From: a virus
Lineage: Duplodnaviria; Heunggongvirae; Uroviricota; Caudoviricetes
Length of the DNA stretch: 9,516 nt
Strand: one strand, 5' to 3'
IMG/VR virus record: IMGVR_UViG_3300029722_000071
Span: 1-9,516 of that record
A program made the translations under genes and the position numbers. Below are positions 6,283-9,516 of the stretch, piece after piece (position 1 is the first letter of the stretch; each line of letters opens with the position of its first letter). The notes below the pieces were generated by a model. That model was not told where the DNA came from and ran no database searches. It saw only the letters and a list, made by a program, of their open reading frames with translations.

Positions 6283-6780
6283 TGTTGCAATGCTGTTTAT
6301 GATGCTGTCAGTGCATGGGGTAGAAAGCTGGGCATCTCCAGCAATTTTCATGACCTCAACATCTGCATATCGAATACCGAGGTGTATCAGACCGGCTATG
6401 CCTGACTTAAGTCGAACATTTTCCATAAACAGATCTTTTTCCCGCTGTTTAGCGGCTTCCAACTCCATCGACAATTTTTCCAACTGCTCTTTATGCTTCT
6501 TGTATTCCTGATACGCGTGCCAAGACTGACCTTTGCGCACACTATCAGTGATATCAGCAACCTGCTCCGGTGTTAGCGTGGTCAGTGGCTGTGCTGGAAA
6601 AATCATCACCTTCCCGGCATCCCAATCAAAACCCGCCTGAATTGACTGAACCTCAACTGATGGTGTTGAACCGATGCGACCAGGCGAATGAACAACGATC
6701 GTTACATCCATATCGCGACGATGGCTGTGGTTGTTGGACAAAATACGATTCACCAACTCAGAAAATTTGGAAAATTTCAT
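6259..6780 (-). CDS. hypothetical coiled-coil protein with C-terminal GIRIKGE tail (173 aa)
   Basis: Track ORF 6259..6909 shortened to the ATG at 6780 ([14 protein letters not shown]...), which overlaps the upstream stop (ATGA). C-terminal ...ATGIRIKGE is shared with the 7102..7851 product. Confidence 0.55.
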   Translation of the reverse strand: MKFSKFSELVNRILSNNHSHRRDMDVTIVVHSPGRIGSTPSVEVQSIQAGFDWDAGKVMIFPAQPLTTLTPEQVADITDSVRKGQSWHAYQEYKKHKEQLEKLSMELEAAKQREKDLFMENVRLKSGIAGLIHLGIRYADVEVMKIAGDAQLSTPCTDSIINSIATGIRIKGE

Positions 6781-7100
6781 GCTGATCCCTCTTTTTCTCC
6801 CCGGATAATTCTGTTGCACACATCCACACACTCGTCGCAGATGAAAACGGCGTCCCCAGCAATTAACTTTTTGACGGCGTACTGGGATTTGTTGCAGAAG
6901 CTGCAACAAAGTGTTCGCCTGACTGATAAGGATGGAGCGCCAGATGTCAGCCGCTCCATATCGTTCTTGCGACGCAATATCACACGGCTGAACTCAACCA
7001 GTTTCTCCGGGGATATCTCCTCCTCCGTAGCAAGCGCCTCTAATCGTTCGAGTATGTGGAAGGCTTTTTTCTGGGTAATTGCAGAATGCGATGTGGTCAT
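6777..7100 (-). CDS. small protein with C-terminal ClpX-type C4 zinc-finger domain (107 aa)
   Basis: Track ORF 6777..7142 shortened to the ATG at 7100, behind the conserved junction. C-terminal [39 protein letters not shown] closely parallels the ClpX N-terminal zinc-binding domain ([39 protein letters not shown], as I recall it). Confidence 0.75.
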   Translation of the reverse strand: MTTSHSAITQKKAFHILERLEALATEEEISPEKLVEFSRVILRRKNDMERLTSGAPSLSVRRTLCCSFCNKSQYAVKKLIAGDAVFICDECVDVCNRIIRGEKEGSA

Positions 7101-7125
7101 CTCACTCTCCTTTGATGCGAATGCC
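7098..7125. repeat. 28-bp duplicated gene-junction module, copy 2
   Basis: cat-c-tcactctcctttgatgcgaatgcc at 7098..7125; see copy 1. Confidence 0.75.
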
Positions 7126-7851
7126 AGCGGCGCGGGAATCATTCCATCGCTTTACTTCTTCACGAATTACGTCAATGCACTCTTTCGAATCCATTAGGTA
7201 ATCTTCATCAAAAAGACGTTCCTGTTCGTTTTCTATCGCAACAATGATTGCTTCAACTAACTTTTGTGCCTGAGAACCACTTTCTAACTCTGCAATGCGC
7301 TTCTCTGCGGCTTCCAGATTCTCGCGCATATCGTCAACGTACTCGACCAGAGATCCGCCAGCAGGAATTTCGCATTCCTCGACCAGTTGGAAGTAGATAT
7401 CAGCTGCGGCCCGTGTGTTGCTATGCCTAGCGTCGCCCATCTCACCTTCACGAAGAGCATCGCGTTCGGCGGTAAGATTGGCTATTTTGCTGTCTTTGCC
7501 TTCCAGCTCAACGCGCAGCCTCCCAACCGTAAGCGCAATATCCTCGTTCTCCTGATCGCGGCTTTTGATGTATTGCAGGTTTCTTTCCCGTTCATCCAGC
7601 AGTGCCAGCACGGTAGCCGGGTTAGCCTCTGCTATGAATTCAGCGTTTGCATAAGCCTGAGCATCTGTTTCAACCAGGCAGTTAACGTGACATTCTGCAA
7701 TTACGCCACCGGGTTCTCCTTTCCATTTTTGACAAACAAAAACTCCTGTTAAATTGCCGTGTTGGTTAACAGATGTATGCCCTACGATGTAGCTTCCTTT
7801 AGTTGCTTTCTCTGCCTTTTCACGCAGTGCCTGATAGTTAATCTCGCTCAC
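7102..7851 (-). CDS. ead/Ea22-like coiled-coil protein (249 aa); family assignment tentative
   Basis: GTG start with GGAGG Shine-Dalgarno, overlapping the upstream stop (GTGA). N-terminus [17 protein letters not shown] and the segment [18 protein letters not shown] resemble prophage ead/Ea22-like proteins as I recall them; C-terminal ...AAGIRIKGE. Confidence 0.55.
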   Translation of the reverse strand: MSEINYQALREKAEKATKGSYIVGHTSVNQHGNLTGVFVCQKWKGEPGGVIAECHVNCLVETDAQAYANAEFIAEANPATVLALLDERERNLQYIKSRDQENEDIALTVGRLRVELEGKDSKIANLTAERDALREGEMGDARHSNTRAAADIYFQLVEECEIPAGGSLVEYVDDMRENLEAAEKRIAELESGSQAQKLVEAIIVAIENEQERLFDEDYLMDSKECIDVIREEVKRWNDSRAAGIRIKGE

Positions 7852-8072
7852 TCTTCATCCTCCAAGTCGGCAACGGCGTCCATCACATCAGAACCGCGAA
7901 TAACCTCAAAAGCACGGCAGGCCATTTGAAATACCAGTTGCTCTTGCGGGTGAGGAGACTCCCAATATTTGAAGCCTGGGCGATGCGTGTACCCCATCAT
8001 TGAATAAAAATCACCAGCAAGCTTAATCGCGGCATCGACAAGCTCTCTGTTAGTCATTCTTTTTCCGCTCAC
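7848..8072 (-). CDS. hypothetical protein (74 aa), mildly acidic C-terminus
   Basis: GTG start at 8072 with AAGGAGG Shine-Dalgarno 6 nt upstream, overlapping the upstream stop (GTGA). No recognisable motif. Confidence 0.55.
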   Translation of the reverse strand: MSGKRMTNRELVDAAIKLAGDFYSMMGYTHRPGFKYWESPHPQEQLVFQMACRAFEVIRGSDVMDAVADLEDEE

Positions 8073-8500
8073 TGGTTGCCTCCTTTGCGAAGCTGGGCAG
8101 CAAAGTCAACTAACCACTCAGTCATTTCAACCTTCCCTACCAGGTCTGAACCAGGGTACATACAGCAATCACTCTGCGCCGCTTTGAAATCCTTATACTC
8201 ATATTCTTGGGCCACCAGATTTTTTGCAGCTTCTATAGCAGCATCCACCCCCTGCGCCCGGACTTCAGCCAGGAAAGCATCAGTGGCTGGCATATTTCCT
8301 GTTGCCTTCATTGCCTCCAAAATAACCAGAACGCCATCTCGCCCAATCTCCTCGCAGATAACCTCGGTGCTGTCGCCAACAACATCGCAAAATGCCTGAA
8401 CTGCTTTACGAGCCAGCGCATCTTCCGCCCTGTGAAACGCCTCGCGGTTGAAATTTTCATATCCCGTCATTGGACCGGCAATATAAACTCTCACCCTCAC
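8069..8500 (-). CDS. hypothetical protein with DUF4406 / nucleoside 2-deoxyribosyltransferase-like N-terminal motif (143 aa)
   Basis: GTG start at 8500 with AGGAGG Shine-Dalgarno. N-terminus MRVRVYIAGPMTGYENFNREAFHRAEDAL matches the YIAGPMTG...N..F..A DUF4406 signature as I recall it; the C-terminal MYPGSDLVGKVEMTEW may correspond to its LPGWE.S.G motif. The roughly 80 residues between do not look like that family. Confidence 0.5.
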   Translation of the reverse strand: MRVRVYIAGPMTGYENFNREAFHRAEDALARKAVQAFCDVVGDSTEVICEEIGRDGVLVILEAMKATGNMPATDAFLAEVRAQGVDAAIEAAKNLVAQEYEYKDFKAAQSDCCMYPGSDLVGKVEMTEWLVDFAAQLRKGGNQ

Positions 8501-8889
8501 TCCATCACCTCCTGAAAGTTTCCCCGATAGAACGCCAGCACACGCTGCATAACTTCGCTCCTCCTGCTCTCACGACAAATTATGTTCTGCCGTCTGTTGT
8601 AACGACGTATTTCTCCGTCAGGTAACTTTCGAATCAGTGTCGGGTCAGCAGCCTTCTCCGGTGTCTTACGCCATACGCGATACGCCTGCTCTGATGGAAA
8701 TACCCCGCAACCAGAGAGCCAGACATCACCACTGGCCGCAAGCGCACCAGATAAACGACGAATAGCGGTCTTACTGACACCCGTTTTATCTGCCAGTTGT
8801 CGAAAAGTTTCTCGTCCGCTCAGGCGCACGAATTCCACAATGCGCGCCTTCACTTCTTCCCGCTCTTCTGGTGTAAATACTTTTGCCAT
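8497..8889 (-). CDS. helix-turn-helix DNA-binding protein (130 aa), hypothetical
   Basis: Track ORF 8497..8904 (TTG start) shortened to the ATG at 8889, which has a GGAGG Shine-Dalgarno 5 nt upstream. HTH-like segment ETFRQLADKTGVSKTAIRRLSGAL. Confidence 0.55.
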   Translation of the reverse strand: MAKVFTPEEREEVKARIVEFVRLSGRETFRQLADKTGVSKTAIRRLSGALAASGDVWLSGCGVFPSEQAYRVWRKTPEKAADPTLIRKLPDGEIRRYNRRQNIICRESRRSEVMQRVLAFYRGNFQEVME

Positions 8890-8904
8890 AAGCGCCTCCG
8901 GCAA

Positions 8905-9486
8905 TCACTTTTCCGACACAATACGACCGGATGAATCGACAATCTGTCGAACAATATCCCGGTGCTTGTTCAGCTCCCGCAGCGCGGCGCAGACTCGCTC
9001 CCACTTCTGAACCTGACCTTTTGCCCGGCGCAGCTCGCGGTTAGCCACATGCAGCGATGGTAAAATCAGACCATCCGGATGTTTTCTGGTGAACGACGGC
9101 TGTGACTGCACTGTGACCGCCACACTTTCCGTTTTTATTTCTTCCTGTGTTTCTGCTTCCCGGACAGGTAACGCAACACCTGCTGGCTGAGGAAAGGCTT
9201 TACCATCGGTTTCCGCTACGGATGCAGCTTCCGGCTCTGCCGGTAAATCAGCGCCCGGTATGCAGTAACGAAATTTACCGCCCTGATTCACGCGAATCAG
9301 ACGCCCTTTGCTGATTGCCATGGCCAGCGATGAATTCGCCCGGCGGGAGGTAATCCCGAACATCAGTGCCAGCTCATCCGCCGTTTGTGGGCCATGTTGT
9401 TCAATCGCCTCAGTCAACATTTGCGCTGTCACTTTCGGTACCGGTGACACCGGTTCACTTTCACCAGCCTGAATCAGCCACCACAT
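8905..9486 (-). CDS. hypothetical protein with N-terminal winged-helix-like region (193 aa); may extend beyond the window
   Basis: ATG at 9486 has an AAGGG Shine-Dalgarno-like sequence upstream, but the frame stays open to the window end at 9516, so the true start could lie outside. No recognisable catalytic motif. Confidence 0.5.
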   Translation of the reverse strand: MWWLIQAGESEPVSPVPKVTAQMLTEAIEQHGPQTADELALMFGITSRRANSSLAMAISKGRLIRVNQGGKFRYCIPGADLPAEPEAASVAETDGKAFPQPAGVALPVREAETQEEIKTESVAVTVQSQPSFTRKHPDGLILPSLHVANRELRRAKGQVQKWERVCAALRELNKHRDIVRQIVDSSGRIVSEK

Positions 9487-9516
9487 CGAACCCTTGTTAT
9501 CCGCTTCACCGCGGCG

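Noticed and set aside
1543-6909. Long N-terminal extensions of track ORFs 1345..1665, 3761..4120, 4207..4419, 5742..6290, 6259..6909 and 6777..7142
   Set aside because: The extensions run through terminator hairpins or the C-terminus of the upstream gene, whereas internal ATG starts sit behind Shine-Dalgarno sequences or conserved coupling junctions. The in-frame extension of hok is kept as a separate finding.
619-8515. All plus-strand ORFs in the track (for example 619..1125, 1923..2402, 2812..3090, 3635..3946, 5286..5594, 6688..7197, 7387..7752, 8076..8399, 8207..8515)
   Set aside because: Each lies antisense inside a minus-strand gene that has a recognisable product or good start context; none sits in an intergenic gap or has a convincing Shine-Dalgarno. 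Treated as frame artefacts.
2495-9004. Minus-strand alternative-frame ORFs nested inside larger genes (2495..2707, 3324..3539, 5822..6085, 8786..9004)
   Set aside because: Each is fully contained in, or overlaps out of frame with, a longer ORF that has a recognisable product.
1-9516. CRISPR arrays, rRNA genes, insertion sequences, integrase or transposase genes
   Set aside because: No spacer-repeat periodicity, no terminal inverted repeats flanking a transposase-sized ORF, and no product with recombinase motifs were seen.

Overview
This 9.5 kb window reads as one contiguous, minus-strand-coded segment of a lambdoid (Qin-like / Stx-phage-like) prophage, running from an accessory early-right region to the start of the late region. 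In transcription order (high to low coordinates): a run of nine tightly packed small genes (winged-helix/HTH proteins, a DUF4406-like protein, two proteins sharing a GIRIKGE tail, a ClpX-type zinc-finger protein, a PD-(D/E)xK nuclease-like protein, a DUF551 protein); a complete hok/sok-type type I toxin-antitoxin locus; a small hypothetical gene; a DUF968 (YdfU-like) HNH zinc-finger protein; RusA Holliday-junction resolvase; a putative Q-like late antiterminator; a small winged-helix gene bracketed by two intrinsic terminators; a beta-class DNA methyltransferase; and a phage-borne tRNA with a CAU anticodon at the window edge. All plus-strand ORFs in the track appear to be antisense artefacts. 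No CRISPR array, rRNA, integrase or transposase was seen. Nothing here is a demonstrably new system; the best candidates for a second look are the standalone ClpX zinc-finger protein, an untracked 34-codon hydrophobic ORF and a 22-bp perfect palindrome beside the hok promoter, and the duplicated gene-junction module. All family assignments are from motif recognition by eye and recalled sequences, not database searches. Coordinates I derived myself (hairpins, repeats, small ORF) may be off by 1-2 nt; in one place (around 2330) my reading of the sequence text disagreed with the ORF track by 1 nt and I followed the track.
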